DNA of 25,956 nt from a virus. Of this stretch, positions 8,129-16,707 are shown piece after piece. The notes under the pieces are model-generated. The model was given only the letters and a program-made list of their open reading frames with translations, did no database searches and had not been told where the DNA came from. Location of the stretch: the IMG/VR virus record IMGVR_UViG_3300048579_000065; one strand, written 5' to 3'. Position 1 is the stretch's first letter; each line of letters begins with the position of its first letter. The translations under genes and the position numbers were made by a program.

Positions 8129-9675
8129 TTAACTGATTCCTCCTTAAATGTATGAAATACTTCATTATGTATACCATTTTTCTTATCTGATAACCATCTT
8201 AGATAAGATTGCTTCTCCTCTTCAGAAGGTGCTTGATTCCATTGAGGGTAGCACTTTTCTCTTTTTAATCCTTTTATAATTGGACACATAAGCAGCCTGT
8301 GGTGATCCCATCCTTGATCAAACCTTCCTCTAGCAGCCTCTCCTTGCCTAGAATAAAAATTTCCATATTTCTCTATTGCTTCAGTAATAGATATTTTCTT
8401 AGTTTCATTAAAAATGAAACCTAAGTAAATGTTAGAACCTTTGTTATTTGATTGTTCTTTTGGTGTTGCTAGTCTAATATTACCTGGCTCATAGTTTCCA
8501 TCATTATCTTCTCTATCTAAAGTATAGCCATGATCTATGAGGTCATAGATATTAGGCCAGTTTGATAAAAGGTATTCATGGAATTTCATAGGAGAATTTA
8601 ACCACTCTTTGTAGACTTTAATACCTCTTCCACCATACCTATAATAAGCTTTATGATTAGGATTTGTACATCTTTGTATACATCCTAATATCCTTTGGTA
8701 TAGCCTGTCTCCTGAAAGTCCAAAACCTCTTTCATGTATTGGCCTGTTCCATTTAGCACATTCACTGCAATATTCTAACTTTCCTTTAGATACTAAGTAA
8801 GCATCCAATAATGCTCTTCTCTTTTCTCCATCAAAACAAGAACACTCACACTCAACCATTGGCTTTTTAATTTTTGATTCAAGGTTATAGGTTGGATAAC
8901 TTTTATTTAATACTCTAAGTCTTCCATAAGTTTCACCTATCATAATGTTTGAATTGAAATCAAATCTCTTTAACTTCTGTCTACCAAAAGCTGCTAACTT
9001 GCTTCTTTCTTTATGATTTAGTGGGGTGCTTGATAGGCTGTATTTAGTGCCTGATGGTTGTTCAGGGGCTAGCAATGCTCTTTCAATGTCCCAACCATTA
9101 TCTAATCTTCTCTGTATAAGCTTATATGAGTAGTCACTAAATTCCTCAACAGCTCTGCCTAGAGACATCTCTTCTCCTAATACAGTAACAATGTTAGAAG
9201 ACTTAGGACCAATCATAAGATTATTCTTAAAGTATCCAGCCATCTTATCCTTTCTAAGGATACTTGAGGTTTCAACAGTTAGATTGGTTTTGGCTAATTC
9301 ATCTTCCAACCAAGACTTGAAGGCTAGAAGCCCTTTGCTATCTGTCTGATCTTTCCAGGCTGGATCTATATCAATATTCTCTCTAGAACAATACAATAGA
9401 ATGTGTCTGTAGCGGCTATACAAAGGTGTACCTTTAAGACCATGTTTCCTTAAAGGATTCTTAGTCACAAGTCTCTGTTCTTTACACGGACAACCTTTCA
9501 TTACTGTCATAGAACTAACAGTAACTCTGTGCTTATGACCATGTACTTTACATTCAACAAGGTACATAGAAATATGTTTACCACGTTCAGTTACTTTAGT
9601 AGGTAACTTACTAAGAGCAATCACATTTCCAAATATTCCACCTGACAAATCCTTACTATTGTTTGCAAATCCCAT
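8119..9675 (-). CDS. HNH-type homing endonuclease with duplicated domain
   Basis: C-terminal unit GETYGRL..CECSC..RC.NPNHKAY.RYGGRGI..TLDREDNDGNYEPGNIRLATPKEQSNN; degenerate N-terminal copy. Confidence 0.85.
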   Translation of the reverse strand: MGFANNSKDLSGGIFGNVIALSKLPTKVTERGKHISMYLVECKVHGHKHRVTVSSMTVMKGCPCKEQRLVTKNPLRKHGLKGTPLYSRYRHILLYCSRENIDIDPAWKDQTDSKGLLAFKSWLEDELAKTNLTVETSSILRKDKMAGYFKNNLMIGPKSSNIVTVLGEEMSLGRAVEEFSDYSYKLIQRRLDNGWDIERALLAPEQPSGTKYSLSSTPLNHKERSKLAAFGRQKLKRFDFNSNIMIGETYGRLRVLNKSYPTYNLESKIKKPMVECECSCFDGEKRRALLDAYLVSKGKLEYCSECAKWNRPIHERGFGLSGDRLYQRILGCIQRCTNPNHKAYYRYGGRGIKVYKEWLNSPMKFHEYLLSNWPNIYDLIDHGYTLDREDNDGNYEPGNIRLATPKEQSNNKGSNIYLGFIFNETKKISITEAIEKYGNFYSRQGEAARGRFDQGWDHHRLLMCPIIKGLKREKCYPQWNQAPSEEEKQSYLRWLSDKKNGIHNEVFHTFKEESVKCS

Positions 9676-9681
9676 AAACTA

Positions 9682-9716
9682 AATAACTCCTGTATTTTTT
9701 ACTTACAAGAGTTATT
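9682..9716 (-). promoter_or_regulatory. SD-sequestering hairpin of the HNH gene
   Basis: AAUAACUCUUGUA-(9 nt)-UACAGGAGUUAUU, a 13-bp stem with one G.U; AGGAG lies in the 3' arm. Confidence 0.8.
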
Positions 9717-9722
9717 ATAGCA
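9714..9722 (-). promoter_or_regulatory. Extended -10 promoter TGcTATAAT
   Basis: Perfect TGnTATAAT overlapping the hairpin 5' arm. Confidence 0.75.
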
Positions 9723-9762
9723 TAGTGATGTGGAGTGAGGAGGAACTTAATGTTTAATTAAG

Positions 9763-10932
9763 TTAGTTAACCCCAGAATATGATCCCCGGGATACCACCA
9801 AAGGATCTATAACAGACTCCATATTGAAGCAACAAAACAATCTGTTAAGGGTTGGAGTGTACCTTTCAACACAGAAGGGCCCTGGGACTCCAAACATTGA
9901 GAACTCACTTACACAGGGCTGACTTGGGTCAAAGAATAAGCAATATCCACCACTTGGCAAATCTGGCTCATGTACAAAGATTACTGGCAAACCTGGATCT
10001 GGTTGAAACACTCTTGCCATTGCTGGAACAAAACAACCAGTTACACCTGCTGCTTCTAGGTCAGCTTGAGTAGCCATATAAGCTTGACTATTTTCACCTG
10101 GAAATCTAGCAATCATCAAGTCACGAATCTTAGCGATTTGTGCTGAAGTTGTCAGAGCAATCAATGGACGTTGATAGCCAAGACCGTTGTTACTTGCAGC
10201 ATTAGCCAGAGCGTCTACCTTAGCTTGAATCAACGGGCTAGTCAGGTCAGATCCTTGAGCCAAACCAGTTGCATAAGCTGTAGAACGATTGATAAAGCCA
10301 CCCCACTGAGGAGTTGCATTAACTTCTGCTGTGATTTCAGTATTGCTAAGCATCTTACGATTAGCAAACCTTTCCATTCTTACCAAGCCCATCTTGACTT
10401 CACGAAGTTTGATGTCTTGAGGCATGATAGGAGACTGTCCAGCCAATTCAGTTACAATGAAAGGAAGGTCTAGCGTCCAACCATATGCACCATGAGTATT
10501 AGTGCGGACACCTCTATTCATTTGGTCATTGTTAGGATTAACATTAGAGTTCAGGTTAAAGAAGTCTACGTTACCAGCACCGGCATATTCTTCATTCCAG
10601 CGTACTTGGAAGTCAGTTGAGCGATTGGTTCCATTCTTTCTAAGAATGTTTCTGAAGACTGTCATAGCATTAGCTAGCACACCAACTTGGTCATACAAGC
10701 TAACAATTCGGATACCAGCCAAGTCGGTTGACTGTACTGCCTTCTGGATAGTAGCCTTAACTACATCTTTGAGTCTGCTAGCATCTGGATCATGACCAAA
10801 GGAAGTTTCAATTGCTTCCTCGGCTGACATTACTAGCCGACCGCCTGACTTTAGGACAGAATCAGGGTTATTCTTACGGCTGAAGTCCTCAATTACGTCA
10901 CCAAAGGACTTTTGGATCTCTACTTCTGACAT
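9763..10932 (-). CDS. Major capsid protein (HK97 fold, SU10-MCP-like)
   Basis: 389 aa directly after the protease/scaffold; AAGGAG SD; LYDQV, WNEE, NTHGAYG, QWGGF pattern. Confidence 0.85.
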   Translation of the reverse strand: MSEVEIQKSFGDVIEDFSRKNNPDSVLKSGGRLVMSAEEAIETSFGHDPDASRLKDVVKATIQKAVQSTDLAGIRIVSLYDQVGVLANAMTVFRNILRKNGTNRSTDFQVRWNEEYAGAGNVDFFNLNSNVNPNNDQMNRGVRTNTHGAYGWTLDLPFIVTELAGQSPIMPQDIKLREVKMGLVRMERFANRKMLSNTEITAEVNATPQWGGFINRSTAYATGLAQGSDLTSPLIQAKVDALANAASNNGLGYQRPLIALTTSAQIAKIRDLMIARFPGENSQAYMATQADLEAAGVTGCFVPAMARVFQPDPGLPVIFVHEPDLPSGGYCLFFDPSQPCVSEFSMFGVPGPFCVERYTPTLNRLFCCFNMESVIDPLVVSRGSYSGVN

Positions 10933-10938
10933 TCTTAA

Positions 10939-11412
10939 TTACTCCTTGATGAGTAGACGGTCAAGCAAAGCTTGATTTGGGGATTTCTGTACAACTTGTG
11001 AGGAAGCCTTACCAGACTCAATTGCTTGCTCAATGGTTTTTTCTTTGGCCTGAGACTTGACTTGTGCCTCAAGGTCTGATACTTTATTTATAAGAGAGGT
11101 GTTACTAGCCACGAGGTCTGTTAGACCTTTTTCTAGCTTGGAACCTACTTCAGTCATGTAGCCTAGAATGGCTAGATGCTTATCTTTCTTAGCATTTTCA
11201 GGGATTTCATCAATATTTTTAGCAATTGATTCAAGTTTAGCCAAGGCATCTTCAGCCTCTTTCTTCAAATCAATATGCTTAGGAGGTTCAATTACTTGAT
11301 GATGTGAATCAACAGCAGGCTTGACTTCAGCATCTCCACCTACATCAGGAAGTGCAGGGACATTAATTTGCCCTAACTCTTTGCTGACATCATCCTTCTT
11401 TTCTTCTGACAT
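10939..11412 (-). CDS. Putative internally initiated scaffolding protein (157 aa, MSEEKKDDV...)
   Basis: In-frame Met391 with GATAGAAT late motif 31 nt upstream (11444-11452); weak GGA SD. Confidence 0.45.
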   Translation of the reverse strand: MSEEKKDDVSKELGQINVPALPDVGGDAEVKPAVDSHHQVIEPPKHIDLKKEAEDALAKLESIAKNIDEIPENAKKDKHLAILGYMTEVGSKLEKGLTDLVASNTSLINKVSDLEAQVKSQAKEKTIEQAIESGKASSQVVQKSPNQALLDRLLIKE

Positions 11413-12582
11413 TGTATTATCCAATATAGTACTTTCAGAATTAATTCTATCAGCCAATTTAGATTTAAGAAGTTCTATCTCTTCCTTGTACTTAGACATT
11501 TCTAGTTCCATCTCTGATTTGAGTTCAGCCAGAGGGTTAACATCTAGACCAAGTTCAGTAATACCTAAATTACTAATACCTACAGCAATAGCATCAGATG
11601 ATGTTACAGCGCCAAAAGAATTCGATCCAACTGCTGTACAGTTAGCATTTTCTTCCAATTTTACAATAGGTGCTACAATACCTTCTGGCTTTCCATCCTG
11701 TCCAAACTTTAAGAGAGCTTTTGCTCCAACAGCTTCCAGTCTATCTTGTTCGTTTTTATCCACAATATTATCCTCACTTTCACTCATTTTTAGCGCCCGA
11801 GATTCTGTCCTGGCTGGAGTTGCAACCAAAGAGATTTCAGCATTTCTACTTGCCTTAGTAATTACACCTTTAATTCTCTGACCATTAGGCATATAGTCAC
11901 CAACTTGGTGAGGACAAGCCTTATCAGCCATTGAGATTCTACAGCTTGAACAATGGTAGTCGGCTGGATTCATAAAGAAACCAACAGATGTCTTAGTATA
12001 TAGACCATTAAGTATGTCTTCTATATAAGGAGTGTTTCTAGCCGATTTTGGAAAGTAAGCCTTATAGAAAAGTGTATTGTCTTTAACATAAGCATCATAG
12101 ACAATACCTTTAGTATTTATAGCCTTTCTTGTATGATCCTTTTCATCTGAGTAAGAAGCTAAAAGTACTGGTAGACCAACTTCTTTAGCATCAGCGGCTA
12201 GAAATTCTAGCACATCAGGATTGATTATGTCATCATCAGAAGGAGATTCAGAAGCAGCAGCACGAATAGTTAATGAAACAACATCAGAAGCCTTAAGATC
12301 TTTACCATCAATAGTTCCTAGAGCCTTTTGATTGATTAGTGCTAGTTCATCAGCATCTGGCTCAAACCTATTACCACTTCTAGATTGATCAGCCTTCTGT
12401 ATAGGTTTAGCATATTCAAATTGAGGTTTTAGCAGGCCATCTTCAACAGTAGCTCGACAACCCTTATCCTTAAGGATTTCTAGCACTTCAGAGTCAAGTC
12501 CTTCAAGTTCTTTGAGGATTTCATCTTTTCTACTCTGTAAGTCTGTTCTGGCTAGCTCGGCTAGTAGTTTATCATTTTTCAT
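10939..12582 (-). CDS. Prohead maturation protease with C-terminal scaffold region
   Basis: ELALINQ, DH, YKAYF, TSVGF (catalytic Ser), CSSC..CPH zinc finger, EISLVATPA; acidic coiled-coil C-terminus. Confidence 0.88.
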   Translation of the reverse strand: MKNDKLLAELARTDLQSRKDEILKELEGLDSEVLEILKDKGCRATVEDGLLKPQFEYAKPIQKADQSRSGNRFEPDADELALINQKALGTIDGKDLKASDVVSLTIRAAASESPSDDDIINPDVLEFLAADAKEVGLPVLLASYSDEKDHTRKAINTKGIVYDAYVKDNTLFYKAYFPKSARNTPYIEDILNGLYTKTSVGFFMNPADYHCSSCRISMADKACPHQVGDYMPNGQRIKGVITKASRNAEISLVATPARTESRALKMSESEDNIVDKNEQDRLEAVGAKALLKFGQDGKPEGIVAPIVKLEENANCTAVGSNSFGAVTSSDAIAVGISNLGITELGLDVNPLAELKSEMELEMSKYKEEIELLKSKLADRINSESTILDNTMSEEKKDDVSKELGQINVPALPDVGGDAEVKPAVDSHHQVIEPPKHIDLKKEAEDALAKLESIAKNIDEIPENAKKDKHLAILGYMTEVGSKLEKGLTDLVASNTSLINKVSDLEAQVKSQAKEKTIEQAIESGKASSQVVQKSPNQALLDRLLIKE

Positions 12583-12592
12583 AGATTAAATT

Positions 12593-13015
12593 TTACCTAA
12601 GACTTGACTTAATTAAGTATATATGACTATCAATCTTCTCTTGCACTTCACATAGTATGTTAAGAGTAGTTTGATCATTCTCACTGTTAGCAAGATTGAT
12701 ATTACTTAGATTAGATACTTTTAATGTTTCTAGCTTTTGAAGTAGGTCTCTAGCCAACTCAAGTGCTGAGTCTAGTATTGGTTGATCTGATAGTGAGGAT
12801 ACTTCTAGTGCTTGTAGTAATGTTCCTGAAACTCTACCACCTTGGCCTCTAAGTCTCTCGGCTAGTCTATCAATCAAATCATCATACTCATCATAGATTC
12901 TGTCAAATAGAAGGTGAAACTCATAGAACAGCATTCCTGAGCAATTCCAGTGAGCATTTTTAGCCTGATACCTAATGTTAATCAGGTTAGAGATAGTTCC
13001 ATTTAGGTCCATCAT
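12593..13015 (-). CDS. dps: Dps mini-ferritin (DNA-binding protein from starved cells)
   Basis: Signature AHWNCSG..FYEFHLLFD and IDRLAERL with ferroxidase His/His/Asp/Glu; DQTTLNIL. Confidence 0.93.
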   Translation of the reverse strand: MMDLNGTISNLINIRYQAKNAHWNCSGMLFYEFHLLFDRIYDEYDDLIDRLAERLRGQGGRVSGTLLQALEVSSLSDQPILDSALELARDLLQKLETLKVSNLSNINLANSENDQTTLNILCEVQEKIDSHIYLIKSSLR

Positions 13016-13777
13016 TTAAGAGTAATCCAATTGAGAGTACCAAAGGTCAACAATTAAGTTTCCATCTCCAGTTGCAAATTCAGCATTTGTTGAAACAAGG
13101 TATATACCTTTACCTACATAACTTGCAGGATTGGTACCATCCAAAACTCCTACAAAATCTCCCCACCATGAACAGGAAGCTGCTGAAAAGGATGGAGCTG
13201 CTGAAGTTAACACAGCATCATTCATTCTTATAACCTGAAGACCTGTATCTACATTAATTACTAAAGCTCCAGGAGAAGCTTTAGTGAATGGAGTTGTCCC
13301 AGTTTGGTAGATTATTGTATAAACAGGTAATTTTAATACATTTGCAGCTGATGAAATCAAAAGATATGGTGTAGCAAATAATTGTTTCAAATTAGCATTA
13401 GGAACAGTTATTCTAGTATGAATTAAATCATTACTAGAGCCACCACTAGAATTAATAGTTACATCCCCAATTCCATCTACAGGATCTATAGTAATGTTAG
13501 TTCCAGCCACAATTGATGTGACTCCACCACCACTAGAACTGGTTGTCCAAGTTGCTCCTACACCTCCTGTGGTTGCTAGAGTATAATTTCCAGCACTTAA
13601 AGAAGTATCACCTTCAGATCCATTAACCTTTCCACTAACAGGCCTTAGTGTTACAGTTCCTGAAGCCTGTATAACTACTTGTCTATTACCTTGAGTGGAT
13701 GTGTCAGGCAGGCTTAATATGTCTCCTTGAGTTAGGGCTACTACTGTTTGGCCAGTACCTAAAGATATTGTAGACAT
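13016..13777 (-). CDS. Virion structural protein, fibre/decoration-like
   Basis: Gly/Thr/Ser-rich; GGGVTSIVAGTNITI..G.GDVTI fibre-shaft motif; located in head module. Confidence 0.6.
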   Translation of the reverse strand: MSTISLGTGQTVVALTQGDILSLPDTSTQGNRQVVIQASGTVTLRPVSGKVNGSEGDTSLSAGNYTLATTGGVGATWTTSSSGGGVTSIVAGTNITIDPVDGIGDVTINSSGGSSNDLIHTRITVPNANLKQLFATPYLLISSAANVLKLPVYTIIYQTGTTPFTKASPGALVINVDTGLQVIRMNDAVLTSAAPSFSAASCSWWGDFVGVLDGTNPASYVGKGIYLVSTNAEFATGDGNLIVDLWYSQLDYS

Positions 13778-14163
13778 TATAATACCCTACCTCTAACATT
13801 AATCTGAGTATTAGCAGTCACTGTTGGTATGCCAATGGATACCCAATCTGTACCTAGACTCCTATCTAAAGCTACAGAAACTGTTTGTCTATTACTGGTC
13901 CGGCTAGACATATTATAAGAAGTGCCACCTAGATCCCAAAATACACTTGAATCAGTACCATGAGCATTTACACCTGTTAGGTAAGGTACAGGAGCAATTG
14001 AAGGTTGAATAGGTCCACCATCACCATCATAGAGTTTAATGCTAGTAACATCAGCAGTTGAGATTGTTTCTATAATAAGGTCAGCCTTACCAACATCTCT
14101 GATGTACATATCGATATAGCCAGAGGCCCCGGCTGCTAAAGTCATTTGGGCTAAAATAGACAA
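13777..14163 (-). CDS. Putative virion structural protein (beta-rich)
   Basis: TTG start with GGTGGAG SD and AGATAAAAT motif upstream. Confidence 0.65.
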   Translation of the reverse strand: MSILAQMTLAAGASGYIDMYIRDVGKADLIIETISTADVTSIKLYDGDGGPIQPSIAPVPYLTGVNAHGTDSSVFWDLGGTSYNMSSRTSNRQTVSVALDRSLGTDWVSIGIPTVTANTQINVRGRVL

Positions 14164-14175
14164 TTTACTCCACCT

Positions 14176-14256
14176 TTACTTAGATATGTAAATTTTATCT
14201 AGAGTTTTAACCTTGTCTTTATTAACTTTCTTAATCTTCTTTTTCTTGTCTGACAT
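14176..14256 (-). CDS. Lysine-rich micropeptide (26 aa), not in ORF track
   Basis: MSDKKKKIKKVNKDKVKTLDKIYISK; TAATG-coupled to the upstream gene, AGGTGG SD. Confidence 0.5.
   Translation of the reverse strand: MSDKKKKIKKVNKDKVKTLDKIYISK
14192..14200 (-). promoter_or_regulatory. Putative late promoter motif AGATAAAAT
   Basis: 28 nt upstream of TTG 14163. Confidence 0.45.
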
Positions 14257-14498
14257 TATTCACCACCTAACTTTTCTTCTAGCCAGGCTAAAACCTCTGC
14301 TTTCTTATTTTCAGCAGCCTTAATCTGACCACTAAGAGTTTGTAGCTCACTAATATGATCGTCAAGATCTCTAGAGGTTGGAAATTCTTTAACTTGATTA
14401 GCCAGGCTAACTGCCTGAGCATTTAAGGCAACAATTTCTGCCTCTAGTGGTTCTAGAGCTTTTGATACGCTTAATTTTGATAAATCTAATTCTGCCAT
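14256..14498 (-). CDS. Small coiled-coil protein (80 aa)
   Basis: Heptad pattern; AAGGA SD. Confidence 0.8.
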   Translation of the reverse strand: MAELDLSKLSVSKALEPLEAEIVALNAQAVSLANQVKEFPTSRDLDDHISELQTLSGQIKAAENKKAEVLAWLEEKLGGE

Positions 14499-14552
14499 TT
14501 TGTTTGTTCCTTATATAAGTTGAGATTTACTGGCAATTTGTACTGATGATCA

Positions 14553-16673
14553 TTACCAGCCCTCCAGTATAATCCACCCTGTTTGTGCTCCACCTGTACT
14601 TGGTAATGTACAAGCAGTAGTTGTAGTTGATGTTGGAGTTACTGTAGTATTATTAAATACTACAGCTGGAGCATTCGTAAATGCTGTAGTGTAAGTCACT
14701 ACTTCACCACTATCATTAAATGCATTTAAGTATATTATTACTTTCTTATAGCTTGCACTCCTTTCTGGTTGACTCCAGCTCAGTGATCCCCCAGTCGAAC
14801 CTGAAACTACAGTGATATCAGCACTTCCACGGATTATTACATTAGGTCCAATATTAATATAATTACTTGTAGATGATGATGGAGTGTCTGCACTAGAGCC
14901 AATCAAAATATTATTAGAACCAGTAGTTAAAGTAGAATTACCTGCTCTACGTCCTAAGAAGATGTTATCACTTCCAGACAGCAAAGCTCCACCAGCTGTC
15001 TCTCCTATGCATGTATTCTTTTGACCAGTTGAAATCTGGTATCCAGCACTATCACCAAGAGCAGTGTTGCTACCGCCTGTAGCTAAACTTAATGCACTAT
15101 GGCCTACAGCTACACAGCTAGACCCTGATGTTATAGTTGCTAAAGAAGACCAACCAATTGCTACATTATTGTTGCTTGTGGCAGCTGATAAGGCATTGTA
15201 CCCAATAGCTACACTATAACTAAGTGCTGTTGCAGAGCCGGAACCTAAAGCATTTACACCTACAGCTACATTTTCTTTTCCAGTTGTAATTGAATCAGCA
15301 GCTCCTGATCCTACAGCAGTGTTACTTGAACCCGTTGCTGTAGTTAATGCTTGGTATCCTACTGCTGTGGAGTTACTACCAGTATGTAATGCCAGCGCTG
15401 AGTGTCCAAATGCACAATTCTGAGCACCAGTAATATTTGTACCTAAACTGTCTCTACCAAATGCACAATTGTCAGTTCCGCTTGTATTAGCATCTAAACT
15501 ACCACTACCAAATGCACAAGTATTAGAAGCTGTGTTAGCAAAAGCAGCTTGATATCCTACAGCAGTGGCTCCACTATTTGTAGAAATACCTCCTAATGCA
15601 TCCTTACCTACTGCTGTATTAAATTGTCCAGATGTATTGGCATCAAGACAGCCTGAACCAACTGCTGTTATATTTGCTGCTGTACACAATAACAAAGCAT
15701 TAATACCTACTGCTGTACAATCATCCCCGGCTGTTGTTCCTAATGCATTGCTGCCTACTGCTGTACAATTAGCATTTGTGACAGCATCACCAGCCTGGAA
15801 ACCAATGAGAGTGCAGGAACCATTAGTTGTTAGTGCTGTTCCTGCTGCATAACCCACAGCAGTATTCTGTGTGCCTGAGGTTAATGAATCTAAAGCTGTG
15901 CTACCTACAGCAGTTATTTGTGCTGCTGTACAATTTCTCAAAGTATTATAGCCTAACCCAGTAGAATCATTAGGCGCAGTGCCACAAGACTGCATACATC
16001 CTGATCCTACTGCTGTTATTTGTGTGCCAGTTGTCACATTTCCAGCAGCACCATAACCTAGTCCTGTATTGCTGCTACCAGTTGAAGACCCTAGAGCGTT
16101 GTATCCAACAGCACAGAGAGATGTTCCAGAAATATTACTCATTAAGGCTTGACTGCCTACAGCAGTAATTCTTATGGCTGTATTAACTAATCCTGCTTGG
16201 GCTCCAACTGTTGTACAGTCAGTTCCAGTTGTGAATCCAGCAGCAGTTAGAGTGTTGTAACCAATTGCTGTATTATTACTTCCACTTGTGATTGAGTCAC
16301 CAGCGTTAACACCAATAAGAGTGTTGTTTTTGTTCGTGCTATTTATTGCAGCACCAGCACCCTGACCAAACTTCACTGATGTGGTGTCACCATTAGGATT
16401 ACCTATTGCCCCAAGCGTCAGTGTTACAGCGCCGGTTGAGCCTGAATTGGTGATGAATACTGAATCACCTGTTAAGGTAGTAACTCCACCACCCCCACCT
16501 CCACCACTAGCAGATATAGTAAGAGATCCAGCTACTGAACCATCAATAGTTATTCCACTTCCAGCCTTGAGTTGAGAAGAGCCAGGAAGAATTGATAATT
16601 CATTATTCTCTGTTATGTAGGAGGCATTAGCATCAGCCCCACTTCCACCTTGACTTGGAAATACATTACCCAT
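14553..16673 (-). CDS. Fibre/adhesin-like protein with many (N/C)TAVGxxAL beta-roll repeats
   Basis: Dozens of roughly 14-18 aa repeats (NTAIGYNTL, ITAVGSQAL, NCAFGRDSL), YadA-head-like; Gly-rich N-terminal hinge. Confidence 0.75.
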   Translation of the reverse strand: MGNVFPSQGGSGADANASYITENNELSILPGSSQLKAGSGITIDGSVAGSLTISASGGGGGGGVTTLTGDSVFITNSGSTGAVTLTLGAIGNPNGDTTSVKFGQGAGAAINSTNKNNTLIGVNAGDSITSGSNNTAIGYNTLTAAGFTTGTDCTTVGAQAGLVNTAIRITAVGSQALMSNISGTSLCAVGYNALGSSTGSSNTGLGYGAAGNVTTGTQITAVGSGCMQSCGTAPNDSTGLGYNTLRNCTAAQITAVGSTALDSLTSGTQNTAVGYAAGTALTTNGSCTLIGFQAGDAVTNANCTAVGSNALGTTAGDDCTAVGINALLLCTAANITAVGSGCLDANTSGQFNTAVGKDALGGISTNSGATAVGYQAAFANTASNTCAFGSGSLDANTSGTDNCAFGRDSLGTNITGAQNCAFGHSALALHTGSNSTAVGYQALTTATGSSNTAVGSGAADSITTGKENVAVGVNALGSGSATALSYSVAIGYNALSAATSNNNVAIGWSSLATITSGSSCVAVGHSALSLATGGSNTALGDSAGYQISTGQKNTCIGETAGGALLSGSDNIFLGRRAGNSTLTTGSNNILIGSSADTPSSSTSNYINIGPNVIIRGSADITVVSGSTGGSLSWSQPERSASYKKVIIYLNAFNDSGEVVTYTTAFTNAPAVVFNNTTVTPTSTTTTACTLPSTGGAQTGWIILEGW

Positions 16674-16707
16674 TTCTTAATTAAGTTTCCTATATAGCAT
16701 AGTAAGT

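Noticed and set aside
14553-16673. CRISPR array or DNA tandem repeat in the fibre gene
   Set aside because: Repeats are degenerate at DNA level and conserved only as protein motifs; no repeat-spacer structure
16690-16703. ACTATGCTATA 11-mer shared with the HNH promoter
   Set aside because: Continues as TATATA rather than TATAAT and has no hairpin; too weak to call a promoter
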